NCBI RefSeq assembly: GCF_018977255.1
Contig: NW_024704743.1
Span: forward strand, 82,586,001-82,650,000
Source of the DNA: Callorhinchus milii
Lineage: Eukaryota
Direction of reading: 5' to 3'
DNA length: 64,000 nt
The position numbers and the translations under genes are program-made. The notes below the pieces were generated by a model, which was given only the letters and a program-made list of their open reading frames with translations, was not told the DNA's origin and made no database searches. Below are positions 40,849 to 53,379 of the stretch, piece by piece (the stretch's first letter is position 1; the number at the start of each line of letters is the position of its first letter).

Positions 40849-41613
40849 ATTTTAATGAAATGGAATTTTATAATTTGTTGCTTTAAATTTTCAAATGCAG
40901 AAAAAAACATTTTGGTGTGTGGAAATTTTTGCCACAAATCGTAACTGAAGCAGAGTCCATTATTTGTTTTTAAAAGAGAATTTTATAAAGCTAAATGTTT
41001 GAAAAATAAAAAAAGGAGTGAATATTGGGAGTGAACAGGAAAGTGGATTAGATGAGATGGCGTTTCGTCCATAAAATACACAGTCAATCCACTTTACACT
41101 ATATCCTGTGAAGCTCTTTGAGACATCTCAATGATGTGATAAGGCGCTATATCAAATGCAAGGATTATTATTAATTATTGTTAAGAAAAACATTTAAAAC
41201 ATATATTTCCCGTCCCTCGGCAGCCTGATTCATGCCCGCAGCCCTACCCACCCTACCCACAGCAGTCAGGCTATCATCCTGGGGTGAATTCCTTCAACTC
41301 TCACCGTCCCTCACATCTTTCAAGGTCCATCTTCAGATCTATCTCTTTGACCTTTGGTCATCTTTCCCCATTCATCCCCCTTGGCTCCCAGCTCAGGTGC
41401 AAGGCAAGATTGTCAAGCCCCTTAACACATCCTCTCAACATGATTGTAAATGTAAATTTATATTGTGTATTTATTTTTGTCATTAGAATAAAGGGTAAAG
41501 ACCAGACTACCCATGAATTTCCTGAGCTTTGGAAGTGCCTTTATTTGTCTGGGCAATGTTGGACTAGTTTTGTTGCTTCAATATTAATTCTAGAGCTGCT
41601 ACCACTATATGAA

Positions 41614-41990
41614 GTGGAATCCCGTAGCTCAGTGGTTAGAGCACTCACTTTGCCAGGGAGAGACCTGGATTTGATTCCCGGGAGGGCAAAATGTTGGGCA
41701 AGTTTCCTTAATCCATACAAGCCTCTGTTTACCTAGCAATAAGTAGGAATCTGGTTGTTAGTCGATTTGTGGATCACTTTTCCGGGGGTAATAATTCCTT
41801 CCAAAAAAAAATAACAAACTGGTTACTTCAATCCACGACTGTTTGTGGGACACTTCTGTGCGCAATTGGCTGCCGCGTTTCGCCCACAAAATATACAGTC
41901 AATTCACTTTACAGTATATTTTGTGAAGCGCTTTGAGATGTCTCAAAGACATGATAAGGCGTTATATCAGATGCAACGATTATTATTATT
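41614..41990 (+). mobile_element. Full-length tRNA/Deu-domain SINE
   Basis: A-box, degenerate B-box gatttgattcc, Deu core and (ATT)n tail. Confidence 0.88.
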
Positions 41991-43084
41991 AAACCATGTA
42001 TTTTAAATGAAAATATTATTAAGAAAACATGGAGAATACAATACAATGTTGTACCCGAAATCCTGTGATGTCAGGGAGAGGAATGCCCCCTTATGGGCTC
42101 AGGGGCCGATCAGCAAAAAGGTAATATCTGTCCGGGGAGAGGATGGTTTCAGTCCCTCTTCAGCAGATCAACCCTAGGAAATCAATAATATTACACACAA
42201 AAAGTTATACTGTGCTCTAAGGTATGCAATTTACAATAATGACAAGTAAGATGGTAACAATGTGGTCTAAAAGAGGGGGAATTGCGCTGCCACCTAGTGG
42301 TTGTTTGCATTCGAGATAGTTAACAAAATGCAGCTTTAACAAAATCCAACTTTATCCCTATAGTTTTGGCTGGTTTACAACCAGTCTCACAAGTATTAAA
42401 TCCTAGTGTGTGCATTTTTTTCAAATTGTAAAAATAGTTTCAATAGACATTTGGGTGCTGACCTTTAGCTTTGTAAATGCCAAACATTTTTACATTTGCT
42501 TTATAACATGCCATTCATTTAATTTTTTTTGTAAAAAAACGTATTTAATTCCCCTTACCCAACATATCTGTCATTTGGATGAGACATTAAAAAGAGGTCC
42601 CGTCTCCCATTTCAGGTGAATGTTAAAGATACAGTAGCACTATTTGAAAAGAGAAGGGAGTTTCTCCCAATGTCTTGGCCAATAATCCCCCAAATAAAAT
42701 TGGTCACTCATTTTATGGCTGTTTGTGGGACATTGCTGTGCACAACTTGGCTGCTGTGTTTCCCTGCAAAATGCACAGTTACTACACTTCACAGAAAATC
42801 CTGTGAAGTGGTTTGAAAAGTGAAAAGTGATACATCAAATGCAAGGATTATTATTTATTTATTATTATTATTCTACCACAGACTCCCCAGCCCAGCAGAC
42901 TTGCTGGAGATCTACTTGTAGGCCCTGATAATGACAAAGAAGTGTGAGCTGTTTGTAGATGTACAAAGGTAACCCAAGAATTTCACATGAGCGGTTTGAA
43001 TGGAGAAGACATTTAATCTTATCCTACCAAAATACCCATTTTACTGTCTTCCCATCACAGCATCAAGTCATTTCCTAAAGAAGC

Positions 43085-43640
43085 TCTATCACAGAATCAT
43101 AGAAATTTACCTCACAGAATGAGATCATTTGGCTCATTGTGTCTGCAGTGGCACTCAGAGCAAGCTGTCCATTCAGTTCCACTGCCATACATTATCATCA
43201 TACCAATTAAAGCCTTTTTATTTAATATACCTTTTCTGCTGCCCTCTTGAAACCTACAATGGACTCTGATTCTGCCACCTTACTTGATAGGTCATTCCAC
43301 ATCCCCATAACTCTTTGCTCTAATGAAACCAGACCCAATTTCTCCAGTCTCTCTTCATAACCACAGCCTCTCATTCTTGGTATGTTCCTCGTAAATCTCC
43401 TCTGCACCCCTTCCAAGGCCTTAACATCCAGTGAGGCCTATGTCCAACGTTTATTCCAAAAATACCCTTCCACATTCTGAACCCGTGCACTCTACTCCTC
43501 CTACCCTGACACAATTGAATGTATTGTTCATTTACATTTCAGTGTCGCATTTTCACATTTTAGATACTTCTGTAAAGTCCTCACTGAGATTTCTATGTTC
43601 AAGTCTGAAGTGCTGTATCTTACCTAATTGTTTCTTGCAA
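43085..43640 (-). mobile_element. Old CR1 3' fragment
   Basis: EGVQRRFTR...YEERLEKLGL on the minus strand. Confidence 0.75.
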
Positions 43641-43964
43641 CTCAACCCTCTTATCATGGGGTTGAGCTTCATTACTCTCCACTGCACCTTGTACTTATTG
43701 CTCCAGGTAGGTTATAGCTAGAGCAATGACTGGTGTTACCTGATTTTTCCCACGCTCACTTTGGGGAAGTGTCTGACCTCTGCTGGGTGCCTTACCCACA
43801 ATGGAACATGTGAGAGAGGAAAGCACTGCGTGCTATCATCATCCTATCGTTTCGCCCACAAAATACACAGTATATTCTGTGAAGTGCTTTGAGACACCTC
43901 AATGATGTGATAAGGCGCTGTATCAAATGCAATGATTATTACTATCATTATTATCCCTTTTGCA

Positions 43965-44342
43965 GAACGGATCAATTTCATGATCCTCTCACTTACAATT
44001 CATGCCTGAACTCCTCCCTACCTCTCTGACCTGCTTACACTCTGCTCCAGGACCAGCCCACTTCGCTCAGCTAGCTCCGGCCTTCTACACATCTCTCATC
44101 TCCTCTGCTCCACCATCGGCGGCCATGTTTTCAGCCACTACGGCCCAAAGCTCTGGAACTCTCAGCCTCAGTCCCTTCACCTTGGCCCCTCCTTGCCTGT
44201 CTTCAGATTACATCTGAAAACCTTACACTTTGACCGTGTCTACGATTACCTCTCGCCTCTCCCTGGCTCACATCAAGCTCTGCCACTATTAAGTACTCTG
44301 AGACACAGCCCACCCGAATAGCGCTATATAAATACAAGTTAG
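43965..44342 (+). mobile_element. Degraded L2 3' fragment
   Basis: cagaacggatcaatttcatgatcct...ctctggaactct...gcgctatataaatacaagtt. Confidence 0.7.
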
Positions 44343-44689
44343 TGTTACAGTGGGTTGCAATTGCTCTCTGTGCCAAACACCTTTTGCTATTCAAATTTTG
44401 TAGCAAAATGCATAACCAGAGTACTCAAATCTTTAACAATACATCATTTACCTGGTACTCTTCTGAAACATTAATATTCCTGTAATTTGATGCAATGGAT
44501 TTCATATAAAACAACAATTTCAAGCATCAATTATTGATATAATTCATGCAAGATATTCCATTAACTGCAGTAAGCTTGATTTTTCTCTTATAAAACGTAT
44601 GAAATACATTAACAGTAATCATTATTTCAACATATACAGTATAGTACGTATGACAGATGACCCAGTTCTTCACTCTCAACACATGTCTG

Positions 44690-45030
44690 ACACCAGTTAC
44701 CTACCTATATGAATCCAAGTGGCTCACTTGCTTATAGTCAGCAGCAGGCTTCTGTTCTGTGCTGCACTCTTTCTCGGACCTTCTTAACTGAACCAATGTC
44801 TTCAGCAATTGTCAGCAACAAACACATACACACACAGACACTCAAATGCACACACACACAAAAAAGAAAACTAACAGCCTTTATTTAGCTGTGGTGAAGG
44901 ATATTTCTAGATAATGTTTTCAGGGGGTAGTTTGTAAGCAAGTAACCTTGATGGTGCTTGTATTTAGCTGAACGCTCAGACACAGGACATTGTATTCATT
45001 CCATGGATATTAATAGAACCACATGTACTT
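44690..45030 (-). promoter_or_regulatory. KLHL38: Candidate KLHL38 promoter and non-coding first exon
   Basis: The acceptor at -1 of the ATG implies an upstream non-coding exon. This unique stretch has minus-strand donors (caa|gtgagc, tag|gtaggt), TATA/MEF2-like CTAAATAAAG, M-CAT CATTCC (about 44997) and GRE-like AGAACCacaTGTACT (45015-45029). Position is inferred. Confidence 0.35.
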
Positions 45031-48000
45031 TCAGATCACTGCACTTGTGACTTCACTTGCCTCCTGCTCAGGGGGTAAGATGAACCATACACCACTTGAC
45101 GCAGCCACTCGGGATGTTGTTTTGACTCTGTTTACAGACAAAAATAGACACCAACATGCACCTTAGCCTACATAAAGCAGAGGGGAAGTCCAATGGAAAC
45201 AGGCAGATGCCCAGCTGCCCACTGTTGCTAAGTCTAATAATGTCTCCAAAGCACTGCTGTTTGTACCAGCACATTCAAACTCCAACCTGTTGTTGTTTAT
45301 GCGTTGTGTTTCTCTTGTGTGAGAAATGCTGTCAGCAGTTTGTACCGTTTGTGAGGAGACTGTTCTTGCAGTTTGTAAATACGTTTATGCAATTTCACCT
45401 CTCGGAGTTCTGAAACTACAATATGTTGTTCTGCACTTTCATTGGAACATTCATAGATATCTAAAGAGGAGTTATTTGCTTGCAGGGATATAGTGTTGGT
45501 TGACAGTGAAGAATTGGGTCATCTGTCATACATATATGTTGAGATAATGATTCCCATTAATGTACTTATATAAGGGAAAAATCAAAGCAACCAAACGGGA
45601 TTTAACAGATTGCTTTTCAAAGAGTCAGCGCACACAAAATGGGACAAAACTATGCTGTAATTTTTTATGACTCTTATTCAAAAGAACATTGATACGTCCT
45701 GGTTCTGTATTTAAGATGTCTCTAGTAATACCTCGTATTGTTCTTCTGAATTGCAGATGTTTCCAGAGATACCTCTAATCCATTCAGAGAAAGAAACAGA
45801 GCATTTGCAGTGGGGTATCACTGTAAGCCATGAGATCTCTTTACAGTTATAATGGAGATCTCTGATGGCTTGATGGGTTTATATAGTGAATAGCTGACCT
45901 CAGCTAATCAAAGGCACCAAGTCAGAGTCTAACCTCTACTCTGCACAACTTGTTGCTTCATGTTCAGAAAATCCGAACAGGTTTGGTAAAAACATTTATT
46001 TTGAAAACAAAAGAAACCCCTTGGTCTTATCATAGAATTACATAGATTGTACAGCACAAAATCAGGCCATTCAGCCCAACTTAATGTTGATGGTGTTTAT
46101 ACATCACATTATCTCCACCTTCCTATCAGCCTCTTCTATATTCTTCTATCCCCTTTTCCCTCATGTATGCATCAACCTCATATTTTCCAGAATACCAACC
46201 ACACTGCCTTTCCATCACAGCATCAAACTATTTCTTAAATAAGTTCAGGTACTGACCTCCACTACCCTTCCTGGTAACCAGCTCCAGCTGTTAATCACCC
46301 TTTGTACACAGGTCTGAGGATCTTGAAATCGATCCATTCTACAAAGGGGAGCCAGTGTAGTTTGGCAAGAATTGTGATGATGGGGTGCAGAGGTTAATAT
46401 GGGTGAGGATGAGAGCGCTGGTGTTTTGAATTGAATTAATTGGTTAATTCGATTTTATTGGTGGAGCTGGGGAGACCTGGGAGGTGGCATTGGAAAAATT
46501 GAGGTGGAAGGTGACGAATGCGTGGAGAAGGGTTAAAGCTGCGTGAGGTGTATGGTATGATCGGAGGTTGGCGAGCTGGTGGAGGCTTATAATACAAAGA
46601 TTATTAATATTACTGTATTTAGTAAATTAGTTTGATGGAATATAATAGGATATTTCACTGATAAAACTCATAGCATGATTTCAATTTAAAAATTGGAATT
46701 AAGAAAGTCACTTAAATTTCTCTTTCATTGTCATTTTGAAATCGTACCTGTGGAAATATGAGTTTAATTTCCACTGTTACTGAATAATTCAAGGTTTCAT
46801 CTCAAATAACTATTTAAAAAATTTACATTAAACTTTTTCTTTCATCTTTTTTCTGTATATTTCTCTTTCTTGCTCCCTCATTAATGGTCTGTTTGTATTT
46901 GTAAGGCTCAAAGTAAGGCTAGTATATTACCTGTCATCCCTGTGGTCATTATTTTCTATCTAAAGAAGCAAGTTGTGACAAATTTGGATTCTTTCATGTA
47001 ATGGAGAAAGGGCAGGAGATAGACTACAGCCTTAACTGCTTGGCTGGATTCTCTGCTGTGCAGTATCCTCCTCTGTGGAACAGAATGTGTTTCTGTCTGC
47101 AAATTTGACTTCCACTGTTGCTGACCTCTGTTTCAACCTTGCTTTGAAATACGAAATATTGAGAGTGTTACAGTTCATGTCAAACATGTCATTGATAAAT
47201 TTAACAGTTTATCATAGTTCAGTTTAGTTTTTCATAACTGCTGAAGAGCGTGTGATGTTCCTTTAACCTTGTCTCCAATGGAGCCATCGTTATTTGTGTC
47301 TCCATGAAGCTCAGCTCTATCTGGCGAGGGTCAAAGCCCTGATGTTTGGCATTGTCATGTATTGCAGTCAATACTGGGGAAGTATGTTTGTAATGGGATC
47401 ATTTCTTTCAGATCCAAATTTAAATCCTTATATAAATGACAGCTCACCAATGCAATCAATTAAAAGCAAAATATTTGCTTAAAGTTTTATTTTCACAGAT
47501 AACTTAATTTATTTAGGCTGTTGTTTTCAGTGATAATGGTTCAGTCACCGTTCTTAATGACAAGCTATGTGGTTTTAATATTAATTCTTGCATTTGGTAT
47601 GGTGCCTTTCGTGTCAGGAGGATGGCCCAAAGCCTGATGTATTGTGAAGTGGAGTCACTGTGTATTTGGAGGTAAAGGTGGGAGCCCAATTGCGTAAAGT
47701 TATGTCCCACGAACAACCATAAAACAACTAACTAATTTTATTTGGAGGTTTGTTGGCAGGAAACCAGAAGAAATTGACATGCATGAAATTTAAGGTTGGA
47801 TATACTCTTAAGCATAGTGATTGGTTTCCCGATATGTCAAATACCCAGCTGACCAAAACAAATCAGTGATATACAGTGTTTAAGGAGTAATTTCATTTGC
47901 CTGATTGGGAAAAGTATCAGGAAAAATATTCATAGATTTTTGGTGCTGCCTACTTAGAGGCTTTTTGTTAACATAGAGTTTCCCTTACATAAGCTATAAA

Positions 48001-49804
48001 TATAGGACTTGATGGTCAATAGCTCTGCCCCATCTGTCCTATAATGAGATCTAGGTTTTCTAAGAATGTTTTAAAGCGATTCAGTAAACCTGTAAACCAA
48101 TCAGGGTAAGTTTGATGAAATGTGTTGTGAAATTCACTGTTGATTCTGAGCTATCACTGATGTAAATAACAAGTGTTTTTACATTTTATATAAATTTCCC
48201 CCTTGGGAGGATGTCTCAAAGTGTTTCACAGGATTCACTGTAAAACGCAATAACTGTGTATTTGTAAGGAAATGCGGCAGCCAATTTGCACACAACACTG
48301 TCCCCAAATAGATTACCAGAATAAAATAAACTTCACACATATTGCAAACAAGTTTAGAATGGATTTTTCATTGAAGTAGGGCCCCTAAACGGGACAAGAG
48401 AAGCTCAAATTAACTTTCAAAGCAAAACAGCGCCAACTTTATACTTCTGTTTTTGCACCTCACAACAATCAAGGTAGAACATCCACACAATATACTTTTG
48501 AGGTTATGCAAAATATTTATAGGATTTGGAATAAAGAAAGAGCAGTAGTAGGGGGAATGGGTGGAGAAGGGAAGAGTGGTGGGATGGGGGGCTGGTGGAG
48601 AGACTTACTGAAGAGTATAACTTGTGGCAAAGCAGCTAAACAATTATGTCAAGGAGCTAGTGGCATTTTTTTGACTCTGTTTCCAATAAAAACATTAAAT
48701 GATGGGAAAACATCCAAATTATGAAAGCTGAGAGGGTCAAACAGGACTGAAAAAGTTAAAATGCTCTTGGACATGTTTCTGTTAAGATCATAAGATCACC
48801 TTTGCGTTGTTTTGAAAAAATAGAAATTGGGGAGGGGAAAATCATAGTCAATTATTTTCATATCTAATTTCTAATAAGAGGTACCCATTCGATAATCCCA
48901 GTTGGTCACTTGGTAAACTGTCAATCATTTCAGGGACTCAGCTCTATGTGTGTGCATCGAGTGCCAGGAAAATTATTTGACTTGGCTCAGACGAAGCATA
49001 GCAGAGGAGACATGGAAAATAAAATCAATCACTGTGTACCTGCACTGTAATTGACCTGCATACAGAGTGGCTGACAGCAACAGAGCCCTATGGCACTGGC
49101 CCACATAATACTTTACAGTGTGCAGTCAACAACACATGTTGGCACACATTGACAATAGTTATATCAGAATGATCATTCAGCTCGCAGCCACCAGCAGAGG
49201 GAGCTTCGTTGTTAATCACACCAAATGGGAACGCTTCCGATAGCGCAAAGGGGCATCAGTTATGCCCCTCATCCGCGTGCTGTAGGATTGCGATCATGTC
49301 AGTATTGCAACAACCTGCAGATGAGTCATCAATCCGAGGTCTCTGTTCAGTTAGAAGTTAAAGATACAGTGACACTATTTGTGAAGAGCAGGGAGTTTCT
49401 CCCAGTGTCCTTGCTAACAATCCCCCAGATAAAATTGGTCATTCACTTCATGGCTGTTGGTGGAGCATTTCGGTGTTCATATTGGCTGCTGCATTTGCTT
49501 ACAAAATGCAATCACTACCGTTTATTGTATTTTCTGTAAAGTGCTTTGAGATGTCCTCCTGAATGAAAGACAGACATTGTATCAAATGTAAGGATTATTA
49601 TTATGATTAATGATAACACATCATTGGAGAGGTAAAAGTAATCTATCTCATAACAGTCTAAAATATTGATTATTATCAGGATTATTATTATAATTTGTGT
49701 ACTGCATAAGGCTGTTGAGAAAAACATTGATTAGTTTTCCAGCAAACCACTAGAGAGCGCTGTGAGTATTGCTGTGTTTGTTACTTTCTGTATTGTTAGA
49801 GCAG

Positions 49805-50166
49805 ATAATAATAATCCTTGCATTTGCTATAGTGTCTTATCACATGGTTGAGATGTCTCAAAGCGTTTCATAGAATATATTGTAAAGTGGATTATTTGTG
49901 TATTTTGTGGGCGAAATGCGGCAGCCAATTGCACACAGCAGTGTCCCACAAACCGTGATTTTTTTTTGGTGGGGGTGGTGGGAGGATTATTACCACCATA
50001 AAGCAATCCGGAAATTGACTAACAAATGGGTTCCTACTTATTGCTAGGTAAATAGAGGTGTGTGGAATAAGGAAACTGGCCTAAGGTTTTGTCCTGCCTG
50101 GGAATCAAATCCAGGTCCTCTCTATTGTGAGGCGAGTGCTCTAATCACTAAGTTATGGGACTCCAC
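49805..50166 (-). mobile_element. Full-length tRNA/Deu-domain SINE
   Basis: Reverse complement of the 41614-41990 family. Confidence 0.85.
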
Positions 50167-50218
50167 TTGTTGATACAATGTTTTTTTTAAAAAATTTCAG
50201 CACTTGCTTTCTTTATAC

Positions 50219-52571
50219 CAGGAGTGGGCAATTATTTTGGCTGGCGGGCCACTTCAACGAGTTTTGGTAAGCTTTGCAGGCCACAAACTTAATATCGATG
50301 CAAATGCTTAATAATAGCTCAAAATCAAGTCTTACACTTGTACATGCATAAAATAAAGTCTATATAATTGACATTCATTAAAATTAGATTAGATTAAAAA
50401 AACTCATTGAGAAGACATTCATTCGATATTTATTCATTCATTCACATTTTGATGAGAATGTGAGAAGCTCAGTCAATGGGAAGAATGAAAGCGCTGATGT
50501 GTGTTAACCAGACAATTGAAGTCAGGTAACATTGCCTTTGTTGCAATGCGGAGTACTGCTGCAAGGTGGTCGTCAGTCAGCACAGATCTATGTTTTGATT
50601 TATTGAATTTCATCACAGAAAATGTCTCCTTGCATATGTATGTTGATCCAAACAGCACAAACATCTCCTGGGCATGAGCCTTTATTTTTGGAAAAGTATA
50701 TTCATTAAGAGAAGCATAAAACAGGGAAATGGCACTGATTTGAATTGCTCCGCAAGCAATGGATCACATTGCAGGTCAATAAGCTCAAATTGGAGGTCAA
50801 ATGGAGCTTTGTCAACATCAAATGAGAAAGGTGAAGTGACCAAAGACAGGTCATTTTTGATCAAATTGAAATCCTGAAATCGCCGAGAAAATGCGGCATG
50901 GAAGTCAAGTTGTGACAAAATATATTTCTTAAGGCTTTGATCGCAAACAGTAATCTGCTACAAAATTGGAAAGTGGGCAAACTGCCTGTTTCCTATCTGA
51001 TGCCATAAAATAAATAATTTTGTCATAAATGACTTGACCCTGCAATACAAATCGTGCGCAAAGGCCACCTTCTGTTGCAGTTTTGAATTCAGTTCATTCA
51101 TGTGGCCCATGATATCAACGGCAAATGCAAAATCAGAGAGCCAATTTGCATTATTCAGTTGTGGGAAATCCGAAACTTTTTGTTTCATGCCCCAAAATAA
51201 ATCAATCTCTGTTCTCAGTTCCCACACTCTTTTCAAGACCTTTCCTAAACTAAGCCATCGAACATTTGTGTGATACATCCGTGTGCTCGGATTCCAATTC
51301 CTCAAGCAGAGTTACAAATTGCCTGTGGTTTAATCCTCTTGCTCAAATGTAGTTGACCACTTTCATGACTGTGTCCACGACATTGCTTAGTTTTAGAACA
51401 CTCTTACAGAGGACCTCTTGGTGGATAATGCAGTGTAGAAAAACAATATTTTGTTCTGGATTTGTTTCTTTGACTTGATCTTGAATTCTTTTCAGTAACC
51501 CAAGATTTTTGCCTCTCAGATTTGGGCTTCCATCAATGGTCACATTCATCAATTTGTTCCACTCCACTCCTAATTTTAAGATACACTTATTTACTGCCTC
51601 CAAAAAGGTCTTCTCCAGTTGTCGTATCTTTCATTGACTGCATTGATGCAAATTCTTCTGTGAGCTCAAAATGTTTGGTGATACCACGAATAAAATTTAT
51701 CAACTGGGCTGTGTCTTTGACATCACAACTCTCATCGAGTGCCAGTGATAAACATGCAAAATTGCTTACTTTATTTTGTAACTGCAGATACAGGTTCTCA
51801 GAGATATCCTCGACACGTCTCACAATAGTTCGCCTTGACTAGCTAATGTTCTCGAACGTTTTTTTCTTGTCTGGGCATAAAATCGAAGCAGAGTCAACCA
51901 TACATTCCTTTATAAATTCTCCTTCAGTGAATGGTTTGCTGTTCTTGGCGATTTCGTGTGCAATCACGTAACTTACTCTTGTAATCTCATCCTGGGATGC
52001 AAATTGTTTTGTGAAAATGCTTTGCTCTTTTTGCATTCGAACAACCATCTCATCAACATTTTTTCCTTTGTGTTCAGCAGAAACATTCTTATATTTGCAA
52101 GCATATTTACTCTCAAAATAGTGATTCAAGTAGTAGTCTTTGAACACTACTATACTTTCTTTGCAAATTAAGCACACAGCTTTTCCACCCACACTGGTAA
52201 AAAAAAATGTAGAAGTCCATTCTTTGTTGAATATTCGGCCTTCAGCATCCACTTTCCGCTTTTTTGATAAACTCATTTTGAGTTAACTTCCTCTTCAGTG
52301 AAAAATATTGCTGCGGTTGCCGTGCATGTGTTTGAAAGTTTGCCGATCCGTACATTTCTGACGTCAGCCTGATTCAACACTTAAGGGAGCGTGCGCACAA
52401 CTAAGCAGTGTGATTGGCTGATGTTTCCGGTCTGATTCAAATGCGAAATTTGTGGGACTTTCTGGGACTGAACAAACTATAATTTTTCCTATTGCTAGAC
52501 ACAACGACGGGACGGACAGAATCATTTGGCAGGCCAGATATGGGCCGCGGGTCGTATTTTGCCCACCCCTG
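50219..52571 (-). mobile_element. hAT (Charlie/SPIN-like, Buster clade) DNA transposon, full length but decayed
   Basis: TIRs CAGGAGTGGGCAA at 50219 and TTGCCCACCCCTG ending 52571. Left flank ctttatac fits the nnnTAnnn target; right flank has diverged. Confidence 0.9.
50473..52276 (-). pseudogene. hAT transposase pseudogene (SPIN/GTF2IRD2-like)
   Basis: Broken ORFs give MSLSKKRKVDAEGRIF with a BED-type CLIC motif, LALDES, TIDGSPN, CIIHQE, VRWLS and C-terminal FGSTYICKETFS. Several frameshifts and stops; the catalytic Glu position appears as Lys. Confidence 0.9.
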
Positions 52572-53070
52572 CTGTTTTTGCTGTTACTAAATTCTGCAAG
52601 CTATTCTCCGAACACAGTATTTTCTATTCGACAAACAAAGTATGAAGTATTCACTTGGCTTTGAATATGTTTTTGTTTGGCTGCTTGTTTCTTTCGCCCT
52701 CTCCCTCGTATGCAGTGTAAAGAGACCATAAAACAGAAAGTGGTAATTATTAGAGAGAAACTCTGAGATTCAGTGTTTTGTTTTGGTTGTAGTCTGCGTG
52801 TCACTGCTGCTTTGGAAATCTGTATGCATATCTGGACAGTCAGTGTACGTATGGCTTCGCCTCTAAAATAAGGGACTTCTAATAATAATAATCCTTGCAT
52901 TTGATAAAGTGCCTGATCTCAAAGCGCTTCATAGAATATCCTGTAAAGTGAATTGACTGTATATTTTTGTGGGTGAAATAAACAGTCGTGGATTGAGTGA
53001 CCAAATAATATTGTTTTTTTGAAGGGATTATTACTCCCGGAAAGTGAAATCCCAATCGCCTAATAACCAG

Positions 53071-53160
53071 GCTTGATTCCGACATTCTGTTGCCAAGCAT
53101 GTCCAGTTCAGACATGTCTAGTTCAGACATGCTTGGCAACAGAATGTCAGAATATCAAGC
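53071..53160. repeat. 90-nt near-perfect palindrome
   Basis: gcttgattccgacattctgttgccaagcatgtc ... gacatgcttggcaacagaatgtcagaatatcaagc. Confidence 0.92.
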
Positions 53161-53379
53161 TAATTCATCTCCAAGAAGACCCCGCTTCCCCGACCCCAGG
53201 AGGATAGTCAAAGTAGAAGGGGGGTGAGGGGATCAGGTGGGATCTCTTTATCCCGATAGTCAGAGTGGGCCTGGGACAACAACAACAAGATTGCATTTAT
53301 GGAGCGCCTTTCACGTCGGGAGGGCATCCCAAGGCGCTGGCGGGACATGGAGGTGCACCGAGAGTAATCAGACTTCCAG

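Noticed and set aside
41614..41690. tRNA-like sequences here and near 38520-38586, 50090-50166 and 58082-58145
   Set aside because: They are SINE heads continuing into the Deu domain, not tRNA genes.
52572..52579. Perfect target-site duplication for the large hAT element
   Set aside because: ctgttttt matches the left flank ctttatac at only 4 of 8 positions, so no TSD is claimed.
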